From Fistulifera solaris (Eukaryota): DNA of 64,000 nt. Under the pieces are notes generated by a model that ran no database searches, was not told where the DNA came from, and was given only the letters and a program-made list of their open reading frames with translations. The position numbers and the translations under genes are program-made. The stretch is taken from the NCBI GenBank assembly GCA_030295235.1, contig AP026124.1, positions 496,001 through 560,000 of the forward strand. Direction: 5' to 3'. Positions 13,142 to 25,318 of this stretch are shown one piece after another (positions within the stretch are counted from its first letter, which is position 1; each line of letters starts with the position of its first letter).

Positions 13142-13908
13142 ATGATGCGCAACACTGTCTTTGCTCTTTTGTTGGCGGGCGCCTCGGCCTTTGCCCCTGC
13201 TTCTATGGTATGTGAAAACCAAACAGCCGGTGATTTTCAGTGATTTTTATTAGCGACAGTTCTCTTACTTTTTTTACCTCCTGTTTTCTCTTTTTAGCAA
13301 GCACAACGCTCGGGATCCGTTGCGTTGAACGCCGAACAAATGTCCAAGTCGATTCCTTTCTTGGTCCGACCGGACAAGCTGGACGGATCTATGGCCGGAG
13401 ACATGGGTTTCGACCCCATGCGTCTGTAAGTTGCGCTTCATTACAACAAAATGTAGACAGTATAACATACCTTTGCACTCATTTTTTACTCCTTTCTAAC
13501 AGCTCGGATATTCAAACGGACTTGAAATACGCCCGCTGGTCGGAATTGAAGCACGGACGCATCTGCATGCTCGCTGTTGTGGGAACCCTCGTACAACAGG
13601 CGGGTATTCACTTCCCCGGAGAGGCCTACACCAACACGGATATCTACGGTGCCCCCAGCACCGTGGGATGGGCCCCCAACTTGCAAATCTTCCTGTTCAT
13701 GTCGGCCTTGGAGCTATCCACTTTCAACTTGCATTACAGTGAAAGTGAACCCGGTGACCTCGGCTTGGACGGTGGCTTGTTGGCGAAGTTGACCCCGGAA
13801 CAGGTCAAAACCCGCAAGGAAAGCGAAATCGTGCACTGCCGCCTTGCCATGATTGCCTTTGTCGGCCAAACCGTTCACACTCTTTTGTTCGGTAGCGCCA
13901 TTCCCTAA
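13142..13908 (+). CDS. Light-harvesting fucoxanthin-chlorophyll protein, Lhcr (red-lineage) type; introns 13208-13297 and 13426-13502
   Basis: ASAFAP presequence; [36 protein letters not shown] and [11 protein letters not shown]. Confidence 0.93.
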
Positions 13909-14075
13909 ATTCTCGCTTTTATCTAGCTGATCTTTCTGGCGTGTCATGCTTATTGCAACGAACGAATAGTCTAGTAGAACTTGTGTTTGTTGGCATCTAC
14001 ATTCTTTTAATTTTGTAGGTACAGCATACAAGTGATGTTCATGTTGTTAGACTTTCTAAATGTTGTAAATGAATC

Positions 14076-15425
14076 CTACTCTTGCAACACATTTGGCGAC
14101 GATTCGTTTGATCGAGCGACAGCAAAGTGACTAAGCAGCGCCGCTGCCGTTTGGGTTTCAGCACCGGGTCGACACGTCACAGAATGGTTGCTTGTATGAC
14201 TGACTTGCGACCCATAAAAAAGCAGTGACGGGTGCAAGGACGATGATGATTCGTGATGTGAATGCTGCGATTGTGAGTTTTCCTTTTCCGTGTCCAACAG
14301 ATCATCCTTGGTTTGGCTATTATGCTTCGCCAACAGGTTTAGTGAACTTGAATGCAGGGGTAACTGTGCATGAATGGCTTGATGTAAGAGAGCAATGCCG
14401 GAGTCATGTTCTTGTTCTTGTTCGCAATCACGTTCATATGTTTCCGTTTCGACTTCACTTCGTGTCGAAGAATGCTGTTGATCTGTTGTGGGCGACGAAG
14501 ATGATTCCTTACGTTTGGCATCATCGACCTCCATGTCAGCATTTCTTTCTTCCTCAAACGTCACATTCTTATTAGAAACTCCATCACTGGAAGGATATTC
14601 AAATGAAGAAGCAACAGTCGTTTTCTGAATTTCGTGAACGCTGACCGCCGACGGCTCTTCAGTGTTATGCAAAAGACCCTGTTGTCTACCATTCAACATC
14701 GATGGCTTACCCAATGTTTCCTGCGATTCATTGCTCACTTCTTTTCGTAATGCATTGGGAAAGAGCCGATGACAATATTCTGTCATCGAACACCATTGCG
14801 TCGCATTCTCTTCCGTGACTTGCTGCGTCACCAATGCCGCAATGCGTTGACTGACTTCCAGTTGCAGTTCGGACAAATTGCTTTTCGCTCGTGCCAGTTC
14901 TTCCATACCGGAAATATCGGCGAATTGTTCGGCCGTGGCGGCGTTCATTTCCACAAATTGTTGCAACGAGAAAGCTGCTTGCTCGAGTTCATGTAAAATC
15001 GAATGATTCATATCGGCCGAAACGTGCTGTTGGAGGCTCTGATACGAATTGCGTTGTAGGAGCGGTAACAATGATCGTGTCATGGGATGATCTTGGCCGC
15101 AAATGGATTGTTCGTATTCGAGATATTGAAGCTTCTGTCGAAAGGCTGCTTCGGCAGTGGCGATGAGGGCATCCATATCTTGCGCACAATAATGCACCTG
15201 CAAAAACGCTTGCGCTTCGGCTTGACTGAGGAGTGGTTTTTCTTTTGTTTTTGCCATTGAATTAGTGTGCGGTTGGTATTGAAATATGACCGCGAGAGGA
15301 ACATTCAAGAGACTGGCAACGGGGCCGTGTCGTGCAGCATTGTTGTCGGTTGTCGACAGCGGTGAGGAGTCATCAAAATGAATTCGACGCTGTCGCTTGG
15401 CGGGTGGGCTCGATGTCTCTTCCAT
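14076..15425 (-). CDS. Hypothetical protein (N-terminal NLS-like PAKRQRR, helical core, disordered C-terminus)
   Basis: Uninterrupted 449-aa ATG ORF; no family recognised. Confidence 0.7.
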   Translation of the reverse strand: MEETSSPPAKRQRRIHFDDSSPLSTTDNNAARHGPVASLLNVPLAVIFQYQPHTNSMAKTKEKPLLSQAEAQAFLQVHYCAQDMDALIATAEAAFRQKLQYLEYEQSICGQDHPMTRSLLPLLQRNSYQSLQQHVSADMNHSILHELEQAAFSLQQFVEMNAATAEQFADISGMEELARAKSNLSELQLEVSQRIAALVTQQVTEENATQWCSMTEYCHRLFPNALRKEVSNESQETLGKPSMLNGRQQGLLHNTEEPSAVSVHEIQKTTVASSFEYPSSDGVSNKNVTFEEERNADMEVDDAKRKESSSSPTTDQQHSSTRSEVETETYERDCEQEQEHDSGIALLHQAIHAQLPLHSSSLNLLAKHNSQTKDDLLDTEKENSQSQHSHHESSSSLHPSLLFYGSQVSHTSNHSVTCRPGAETQTAAALLSHFAVARSNESSPNVLQE

Positions 15426-16198
15426 GATAATAAAGAATAGTGAGAGTGATCTTCAAGAAAGAGAATACGTGATGCAGAACGATCGCAATGATGAGAACGT
15501 GAAAAGCCTCATCACAAGTTGGATGGATGTTTCGAACGGTTGTATTAGGTTGTAGGTGCTGCGGTCGAATATGGACATTCTGCAAGTAAACGTGATGGTA
15601 CGACATCCTACAGTTCGCTAGCTAAGGAAACGAATACCGAATGAAGAATGCGAAGACATATCAACTTGATAACAAAATCCATTTTTCGGGTATGTTTGAC
15701 TGCAATGCCATAATATCTTGAATTCACATCTATGATTCCCACTAATAAAACATGTTCACAATCAATTCAAAATCAAAACGGAGAAAACAGCGAAGATACA
15801 ACCTTTCGAATGTCTACGTGAAATTCACGTAGCCCTCGCAGGAATTTTATCGATCTAAGTAGCATCCGGAACTTATCGAATTCGACTGCATCAATTTTCA
15901 GGTCCGGCAGGGACGAAATTCATCGTAACATTCCTCATCAAACTTTTCTTAAAAATCATGAGCAAGACTTGATATTAATTAGAACACCAACGATAGCAGA
16001 TGGCATGGTGCGAATGTCGTGCATTTAACGTAGGCCCCCGTATAAAAATTTATCGAACAAGGGAAACCCGGATATTGTGATTTACCGCGGCGTCGATGGC
16101 GATGATGACACAAATTGCCTTTTGTTGACGACCGAAGGAACGGGGAAAGGAATGATAGTTTGACCATTTGCTTATCCAAATTTCAAACAGAATGGAAA

Positions 16199-17684
16199 AT
16201 GAAAGTAGGATATGGTTGGATCCTTTTGTTAAGCGCCGCTCGAGCCTTTTGGATTCCTTCCACGCTTCACAATCCTTCGTGCCGATTAACATCGTCTCTT
16301 TCTGTCAGAAGTAGTAGCAGCACCTCCTTACTTGCAAACAATGCCGGGGTCTATATACATATTCCATTCTGTAGGCGACGCTGTCGGTATTGTGACTTTG
16401 CCATTGTTCCGGTCGGCAGTGAAGATCGTACCGGCTTTACGCAACTCAATGATCAGTATACAACAGCCTTGCTGCACGAGATTACGCATCATACATCACT
16501 CAACAACAATCACACCATTTCGTCCATTTACTTTGGCGGTGGGACACCGAGTTTGGTGCCTGTATCGACTCTGCAGGCCATTCTCGAGAAATTGTACGGG
16601 CGTTTCAATGTTGCCCCCGATTGTGAAATATCGATCGAGATGGATCCGGGTACATTTGATTTTGCAAAAGCCACGGCACTGCGGGACATGGGATTCAACC
16701 GAGTTTCTCTGGGAGTTCAGTCGTTCAATGATACCATTCTAGAATCACTGGGTCGGATTCATCGGAAAAACGATGTCATGAATGCATTGAAAATTCTACA
16801 AGATGTGTGGGGCAATGATTTGAATTATTCGATGGATCTTATCTCTGGTCTTCCAGGATTGTCGGTTGCTGAATGGGTCCATACATTGGAGAATGTAATG
16901 CATTTACAATTGAGGCCGAATCATTTGAGTTTGTATGATCTACAGGTCGAACCGGTAAGTGCATTCAAGGAGAGGTGAAGCATTGGAGAAGTGAATGCAA
17001 TTGCAATGGCGTGTATGCTAATGAATGGTTAAACAGGGCACCGTATTTGGTCGATGGTACAGTGACTCGATGATCAACTCAATATCATCCTCCCCGGTGA
17101 CGACGCTGCCACTTCCCTCCGACGAAGAAGCTTCATTCATGTATAAATACGCTTCGGGATTTCTGCGTTACTATGGCTACGACCATTATGAAGTCTCCTC
17201 TTATGCTACGCCCGGACATCAAAGTCAACACAATCAAGTGTACTGGGCTGTAGATGGAGAGTGGTATGCATTTGGACTGGGAGCCACGAGTCATATAAAT
17301 GGTCAACTGGCGGCTCGACCACGCACCATGGCGGACTACTTGAAATGGGTTTATGAACCGACAGTATCATTACCATCAACGAACAGCTTTCAAGATCGTC
17401 TTTTGGACATCGTATTGAAACGTCTTCGTACGAAGGAAGGACTTTGTTTGCCATGGATTGGTGAAACATTCGGTTCTAACTATCAGAATGCCATTCGGAG
17501 GGGAGCAGAATTAGGTGTCGAACTTGCATTGGCGCAACTCGATGAGGAACGTGGTATTTTGACGCTGACCGATCCGCATGGTCTCTTATTCTCAAATTCA
17601 ATCATTTCGACCATTTTTGCAGAATTAGAGACCTTGCCTGAATGGAGTACTTTGAAGGAGAATGAAACGACTTTGTGTGGTTGA
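16199..17684 (+). CDS. HemN/HemW-like radical SAM heme chaperone, probably plastid-targeted; intron 16955-17036
   Basis: YIHIPFCRRRCRYCDF, YFGGGTPS, RVSLGVQSF, DLISGLP, HYEVSSYA and HNQVYW; ARA-FW presequence. Confidence 0.9.
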
Positions 17685-18185
17685 TACCATCATTTGCGAA
17701 AGCGTTTGCTTGTACATAGCTAGACAGCTTACGATGAGCGCGATGTGCAGACTGTTGGTTGTCTTCTCGCGACCGATCTCTTTATAATTTAATCTTGGTG
17801 ATGTGCAATCTCGATTTCTTGCTGGATCTGCGCGGCTTCTATTGTTCGATATTCATTAGATTGCCACAACATAGTGAATTGCAGACCAAATTCACGGTTT
17901 ACAAAATGTTGGTTTGCTATTAGTCTTGGTCAATGAACTCAGTCGGTTTGAATACTTTACCCTTTATCTTAGCTATGCCTAATATCAGACAACGGACGGG
18001 ACTCCTTTCCTGTTGAGTCGTAGCAGATCGCCTTTACACTTGACGTTATAGCATAATTAGTAGTCTTGCCAATGAACCCATAACCTTATTACTTTCGACA
18101 ATCACCAACAACAAATTGCGTGCTCCGCAACAATGTTTTCTTTTGACTTCGATCGCCTCGTAAATGCAATCACAATGATTTGCAA

Positions 18186-19533
18186 ATGGAACCGACCGAT
18201 CTTCGCCACCACTTTCTCATTCAGAAACATGCTGCGCGCAACAGTTCCGTGTTAAAAACAGATTTGGGTCCGTCATTCTTTGAAAACGAAGTTATCGGCT
18301 CTGACTCGTCTTCGTCTTGTCAAGTGTGTCGGACGAATCGAGCACGTTATGCATGTCCGCGCTGTTCGCTCCCGTACTGTTCTGTGACATGCTTTCAAGA
18401 GCATAACACTGGTAAGGCGTCGACCTGTGTAGAAGCATTTTATCAAGAACGCGTGCACCAAGTCTTGAATCTCGACATCAAAGCCAAAAAAGAGCAAACG
18501 CAAGAAATTATCCAACGCGTGCACGAGCAACAACACAACACTTTACCGCCGTCCGGAGTTGCTCCTTGCGGTATACCCGAAGAGCAGCTGTACGAGCTGC
18601 TAGTCGCTCTCGAACATAAGGATGAAGGAATGATACAGCAATTGTTGCGCTCGAATCGGCCGCTTCGATTGGCGGTGACACGGGGACTGCAACACGACAA
18701 TTTACACGAATGGTTATTAGATCCCTGGATACCCTGGTGGATGCCGCAGTTTGTTCCGGAGGATCAAGAGAATGGACATGATTCGGATTTTATGACGGGA
18801 ACATCGTTGGATGAGTACATTGTGTCACTTTCGCCACTCTCGAGTCTTCGCACAGGTCCTACGGTGGAAATCAGATACAATGTGTTGGAAGTAATTTACG
18901 CGACAGTTTGGACACTTCGTTTATATTACGGACCTAACAATGCCCAGGAGCTTGCCGAACAAGCCGTCGAAACGTTGTTAGCCGCTTCATCCGTGCTGTC
19001 GCAGAACATGTCTTATGTATCATTGGAAGCTGTCTTGACGCATTGCGCCACAACATCAACGCATGCGGTTACTGTCAATGAGTGCAACACAACATGGACA
19101 GATTTGATGAACGATCTGGTGCACATTTGCATGAATCAACGCTTTGTTTTAAAATGTTTTTGGAAGCGAAGTCGATTATCAAACAGGCTGTGATACAAGC
19201 AAAACGACAGGAGAATGACAAGCGCAGTAATCATAGCCGCACGGAAAGGAAAAGTACGCTACGAAGAATAAGCAAAAGATTGATTTTTATGCTTCCTGGT
19301 GCAAGGCACCTTCGCGTCACATGGGGGCGTTAGGTGATGACATTCGCGCGTGGGCCAAACAATGGTTGCCCGATGAAACATCATCGCCCACTCCAGACGT
19401 ACTTTGCTTGAAGAAAAAACAATCCGATACTTCCCAACTCAATCCTGCGGATAAAATTCGTTTCCGCGACACCGACGATGGATCTTTGTTCGTACAAGAA
19501 GTTGTGAGTGCTGAGAGAGCTGCGAAAGAATAG
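18186..19533 (+). CDS. Zinc finger HIT domain protein (ZNHIT2-like); frameshifts near 19160 and 19285
   Basis: CQVC...YACPRCSLPYCSVTCFQEH, then CVEAFY, W.PWW and YNVLEVIYA...LRLYYG. Confidence 0.8.
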
Positions 19534-19684
19534 AGATAATGTATCGTTTGAAGAAAGCTAATTTGTAACCAAGTCCAATTGAATCACTCGTGGAAAATTT
19601 TTCCATAAATTATGTTGCTGCTAACTTATTAGGATTGCTAGATTAGAAGTATAATGCGGGGGATATGGAAAGAGATATCGACGT

Positions 19685-20797
19685 TCAGGGAAAGTCAGGG
19701 AATACCTTGAAGTGAACGAACTTGACCAAGATGTAAAGAGTAGCCCAAAGAAAGAGGTATTTTCCTACAAAGGTATCGAGAGCGTAAATGGCTTGCTGAA
19801 TCGCCTGTGAAAGGCGAGGTGAACGGCAATTTGTGAGTGAATAAGGAAGAAAGCACATGCAATCATTGCCATTGGCTAATCGGCAAGAACTTACACCAAC
19901 GACTTGACCAAAGAATTTTGTGACGCCACTCAAAATCAGAACTACCACCTTGACGAAATTCAAATCGCCCTTGACAAAGTTCTCTTCCTCTTCCTTGGGA
20001 GGACCAATGACACGCGTCTTGAATTGACCGATACCAATATCCAACGTCACAGGCTTGCCGGTAGCTCGATCGTACACAAAGCCACCCAGAGTCCGAGTCG
20101 GAAGTCCAATCAAAAAGTCGACATAGGTCGCAATGACACTGACAATCTTGGTGGATCCAATTAAAATGAAGCTCGTGGCAGCGGCAAAAATAGTCCCAGC
20201 CAGGAATGTTTCAACCGTTTCGTGGACGGGCAGAATCCAGTTGAAACCATTCTTCTCAATAAAAGGACCGATGGCTTCTTCAAAGAATGATTCTACCACA
20301 CAAATCTCGAGTCGAACTCGTAAGAGACCCCCGGAAATCAAAGGAGCGTATTCGATGAAATTGTCCTTTCCCACAATGGACAAGACCGAGGATTGCAACA
20401 GACGGTAAATGATATCCGACGTTGGACACACGGGTTGAAACTCTTGTGGCGTCATGGTGCCCAAATCGGTTTTCGCCATGACGTCCGTCGACGCGACCGT
20501 TAACGCGGTGGCAGTGGTAGCGGCTGCCGTGGTCAGACGCGAAAAGTGAGACACGATCTTGTTCTCATCGTCACATCGACCTAGAACTGTTTCGTGATCG
20601 ACATCGAGAAAAATGTCTGATTTTAGTGCCTTATCTTTCGTGAGAGTTCTTCTCGCAAAGAGAGGTCGCAGTGATGCTCGTTGACTTGAATTATTCGTCA
20701 GCACTCTTTCATGACACCGACGCAATACGGGTTGGAAAGCTGTGACGAGGGATGAGCCTACAAGAGCAAGTACAAGATAACGGATTGAATACATCAT
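19685..20797 (-). CDS. Hypothetical plastid-targeted membrane protein; intron ~19806-19894
   Basis: Signal peptide with VTA-FQP cleavage, several TM segments, C-terminus HFKVFPDFP. An in-frame intron-like segment (GTAAGT...CAG) lies inside the ORF. Confidence 0.7.
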   Translation of the reverse strand: MMYSIRYLVLALVGSSLVTAFQPVLRRCHERVLTNNSSQRASLRPLFARRTLTKDKALKSDIFLDVDHETVLGRCDDENKIVSHFSRLTTAAATTATALTVASTDVMAKTDLGTMTPQEFQPVCPTSDIIYRLLQSSVLSIVGKDNFIEYAPLISGGLLRVRLEICVVESFFEEAIGPFIEKNGFNWILPVHETVETFLAGTIFAAATSFILIGSTKIVSVIATYVDFLIGLPTRTLGGFVYDRATGKPVTLDIGIGQFKTRVIGPPKEEEENFVKGDLNFVKVVVLILSGVTKFFGQVVGVSSCRLANGNDCMCFLPYSLTNCRSPRLSQAIQQAIYALDTFVGKYLFLWATLYILVKFVHFKVFPDFP

Positions 20798-21288
20798 TTA
20801 CTCCTTTCACGCGGTCAATTTCTGTGACCAATATTGAAGAGTAATTAGAATTACAAAAGAAAAGGTTACAAGATGCGTCCGATCGCGGCAACTTGAGATG
20901 AATGAAACGCCGAAAGCTTATTGTGTTGCAATGTGAGGCGTCATTTCTTTGTTTGCCTCACCTTGCACCTATTTTGTACATCGTTAATCGTTACTGTCAG
21001 AGTGATTGTAGCTGCACCGGTACCCAAAGCAGGAATTATACTACTGATACCTTCGTCCTACCGGTCTTTTTTATGTTATATGTTTAAATTTCCAATTACC
21101 ATATTGATACAAAGTGTACATTCCATGTTAAATCGAAAAGCTCGACACTCGACACACTCACTCTCAACCATCATCAACACACGATGGCAGACGAGAGATT
21201 CGATTTCGACCATGACATACATAATCCGAGCGATCATGGCATCGGTTGATAGTAGTTTTTTCTTGACACTGACAGTTCTATCATCACT

Positions 21289-24200
21289 ATGACAGAAACA
21301 AGGAACAATACTATTTTCAAGCTTCTCAATGACATGAAAAAGGCCTGTCGGCGACCGCTTTATGCGGATATTGTATTGCAAACCTCTCGATGGAAAAACA
21401 GGCACCAACCACCAAGGAAACCGTCGAAAACAAACGACATTCCGCACAAATCAGCGTCAGGAGTCTCATTTAAACCTTTGAACGACAGCAAGGAAGAAAA
21501 GTCTTGGCAACAGGTACGTCTGTGCTTGTCAAAGTCACGTGTTTCGATTTGCAAAATGGTCATGGTCGACGAATTCTTATGCGATTTGTTCACTTTTCAT
21601 AGCTGTTGGCTGAGGCGGCGGAACTAGCAAACTACTTGACAGAGGAGGAGCACAACACGGTGTTTCGTTTGGCCTCTATTATGCTACTAGGATATTTGCT
21701 ACCCTACTCGACAGGGAATGACTATTACTTGTTGGAGGATTTTCGGAGAGATCATGCCGACCCTGCTCCATTAGATATAGAGAAAGAAACCATTCAGTTG
21801 CCGCTGGAAACTCGTATTCGAAAATCAATTCGCAATCTACCGGTCAATGAAGTGGGGGATATTTTGACGGATCCGTATCACGATGTGGCATTTCATGATT
21901 TCATGACCAGAGGTTTGGTTCCTTTGTTAGAGGCGAGACCATTCCCCCGCGAACAAGTTGATCTTTTGCATATCTTTGCCATGATCATACATCCATGTCC
22001 CACTGCTTTGTTTCTTCCGCGCTATTACAAACGCGATTGCTCGATTTGGAGAAACGCCTGCCAGATTGTGGAATGCAGCTACGGTTGTCATTTTCAAATA
22101 CAATACAGACATCGCGTTCAATCGATACAAATACTTGCCAAGAGTCTTACAATACCTCCACTACCCGTCAATTCAATACGACCCGTCACAGCGCTTTTAC
22201 GAGGAGCGATCCCGCATTTACAAGCAGCACTGCATTGTTTCGCCATCGGCGCCGAATCCATCTACGATGCCTATTTAGCGTATCGTGTCAAAGTGAATCT
22301 TGATATCCAAACACAAAATGTGGAAATAATAAGAGATGGTTGGGATTCCTTGCTGCATCACTTTGACGAAAACAGTGATCATGGCTGCGGCACCTGTTTG
22401 AATAAACTTCACCATCGGAAATGCATACGGAACGCCTTCGACATACCCAATGATGAGGACACTTTCTGCTTGAACTCGGCTCGAGGACAGCTTTTGTCCT
22501 TTTCATTCTGCGATCGTGTGGTACGTATGATATAGTGGATCCAGAGCTCCTCTACAAAATGGTGGAGGGTCTCGGAGAACGGATTGAATGGCAGTTGGAA
22601 AATTGGAAAAGATGCGACAAGCCAAACAATGGAAACGACGCAAAACGTACACGTTCGCCGTGCTTACTTGCCGCACTACTATCTGCGGCACGATATGCGT
22701 TTCTATTTCGACCCTCGCGATTAAAAGACGAGGACGATGATCCATGTGCGACGCCCATCGAATGTGCAATTCAACTTCTCAGTCACCCCAATGCGTCTAT
22801 AGCGGAAGAATCAGCAAAGTTATTGACCACGGCTTTTCGTCAGGACAGAGACAACAATATCAGGTTATATGCAGTCTCCCTCTTCCAAGGGATTTATGAG
22901 ATGCTCAAAGGTGATGGTGGCATTGCGCAGCTGACGGAGTTGGCTGGTGTTGCTACTGAACAAACACCGCAACACGGACTATCCCTGATGAATTTCTTGT
23001 TCGAAATTCCGGAGATTGAGTCAGATGGGCAGCTGCACCGTCGATTGCAGGTGATTGTGGCCATAGCGATGAATTGTCCTTTGATAGCCTTTAAACAGGT
23101 GGAAAAGCTCGTATTGTTGATGAACTCCATTCCATTGAATTCAACTCCTTTACTGTTTCCTGCAATCACAGCAAGCCGTCTTGCACATTTCCTTCCTGGT
23201 AAGGACGACAAAAACATTCATGAGCCAGCGACTCGCATTCTCTCTCTCGACGCTTGGTCAAGGTACAAAGTTGCGCAGCATTCGATTGTATCCGGAAATT
23301 TCCTAGAGGCTTCCCAATGTTTCAGCAGTCTACTTGACAATTGCTCCAATGAGAACCATTATTTGTGGATCGATTCATTGGAACAACTCTCTTCAGCTGA
23401 AGCGGCACTCGCCGCACGCGCTTCCATGGGTATCCCAGATGCTGTGGAAAAGCTGCAAAGAGCTGTGGACCGACTTCACCGCATCCGCAACACGAAAGAA
23501 AGTTATCACTTTACAATAGCCTTCCTACGGTTGAGGCTTGATTTTTTAGATCTCACTACTGTGCTGCGGCAACTAACGCGTGAAATGCGACTGACGGGCT
23601 CCTATCCATCGAAGAAAACGCGCAATCATCTTTATATGCTAAACACGATCAAATCGTTCAAGATTATTGCTCAAAGATTCAAAAGGCTTTGCTGGGAAGG
23701 AGGAATCCGCTTTCGACATTATCAGTCGAGAATGGCGCTTTGCATCCACAGCCAGATGGCGCTATTCTTGCTTTCGTTGACACAAATGACGTTTGCAGAC
23801 GCAAAATCGGTGAAACAGAAACTCTCGTTTCTATGTGACAACTCCCTTCGTCACCCTATGGCCGTATTGATGCGCGAGATGGCTTCTACCATTTCGGAAG
23901 AAACGGATTCGATAGCTCGAGCTGAAATCTTATTACAGCTTTTGGATGGGCTGCTTATGACGCCGGTGCCAATCCCGCGAGACATCTTCTTGCCTAAATC
24001 TGACTATACCGCGGAACTTCAACTGTTGGTAAGCTCTGGCGATAGAGAACATAATATCATCCACGCCTTTCCAACAGCTGGTTTTGAGTTTCAAGTGGTA
24101 GGGTGTATCTCGCCTAATTTGCTTCGTGAAGCTCTTGACCCTATTGCAATGTTTTCAGTGTGGTTTCGCGTAAGTTATGTGGCCCCAATCGATGACGAAG

Positions 24201-24463
24201 ACGGAAATAAGGGCGACGACGAGGCCGAAGCAGACACAACGACCATCGCCACCATTCCCGATCTGTCTAAATTATCGCCGTGGTCGGGTACTTTTTGTCC
24301 CACCAGCGGTAGATTCGCGGATGAAATCGAAGGAATGCCGTTTGCTGACGAAGGTGTCTTCCTTCTGGAAGCTCAGTTAGGTTGCCAAGATATTGCTGGA
24401 AAGTGTTGGAAGTTGCAAAGTGTGCCTGCTTCGATACGAATTCGCGTTGCTCGACCGCGTTAA
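21289..24463 (+). CDS. Integrator complex subunit 7-like; intron ~21514-21602, frameshift near 22530
   Basis: Segment WSRYKVAQHSIVSGNFLEASQCFSSLLDNCSNENHYLWIDSLEQLSSAE matches the INTS7 pattern W..Y..A......G....A...Y..L.....SE..Y.W...L.....AE. It is followed by P.YF-like PRDIF and a beta-rich C-terminus. Confidence 0.7.
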
Positions 24464-24835
24464 AGCGATTGCAAAGTCACAGCTTCTCTGTAGTTCCCAT
24501 TGCGCACTAGGTTTGAATAGACATTGACTAAAATGAAGCAAGACCGTCGAAGTCAAGCTGTAATGGTCACCACACGAAGCAAGAAAGTCCGCATTTTTTC
24601 ATTTGAGGGTTGAGATTGGTGCCCTCGCCAAAGGCAGATCCAAATGCTATTCAATTTTGCCAGTACCATTTACTAAGCTAGCTAAAGCTTTTGTTTTGTG
24701 TCCCTATTCGATGAGTGCTTCTCATGCAGTCGACGCACCAAAATAAGCTAGCGCCTTCGATTTCCTGTTGTTTCGCTGCTTGTTCATCCATTGAGCTTTC
24801 CCGCCGCGGACGGGGTACTCTGTAATTTTTTCTCA

Positions 24836-25318
24836 TCACGTACGGCCATTGCTATCTTTCTTCGATACTATTTCAAACAACGATCGCATGCGGCGTTCGA
24901 CCCAGACTGGGTCTCGTCGCTCTGCAAAGTTAGTAGCAAAGCTAATTACCCATCCATACAGTCGCTCCGTGTCTTCTTTCCATCCGAATGAGCTTGTGGC
25001 AGGAACTAGATGAAACCTCTCGTCCGAACGGAAATCTTCTTCTGAACTGTAAATTTGTACATGCGAGAATATAACAGACCCGACAATGCGGTTGGTCTGG
25101 AATCGATCGGGTAGACCACTCTGACTTGTTCCTTGATCCTCCGATTCAAGTAAGAGTATGCGGCGCCCCAGCAAGCTTTCTGGAAAAGGATAAGCTCTAG
25201 CTTCGATGGTCTTCTTTCCTTCGGACCGCAAACTGGACCATGGCTGCTGTACTTCCAAAGCGTACTCTCCCGTCGACCAGTTGGGGTGATCGATCGAATA
25301 GAAGTCGTGCTTACTCAT
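24836..25318 (-). CDS. ASCH (PUA-like) domain protein
   Basis: ALEVQQPWSSL..EGKKTIEARAY, IVGSVIF and YGWVI. Confidence 0.8.
   Translation of the reverse strand: MSKHDFYSIDHPNWSTGEYALEVQQPWSSLRSEGKKTIEARAYPFPESLLGRRILLLESEDQGTSQSGLPDRFQTNRIVGSVIFSHVQIYSSEEDFRSDERFHLVPATSSFGWKEDTERLYGWVISFATNFAERRDPVWVERRMRSLFEIVSKKDSNGRT

Noticed and set aside
4798..17684. Tetrapyrrole/photosynthesis gene cluster (heme oxygenase, Lhcr, HemW)
   Set aside because: The genes are separated by unrelated genes; this is expected by chance in a compact algal genome.
17919..18080. Imperfect ~22-bp direct repeat (TAGTCTTGGTCAATGAAC / TAGTCTTGCCAATGAAC) upstream of ZNHIT2
   Set aside because: Two short degenerate copies with no further structure.
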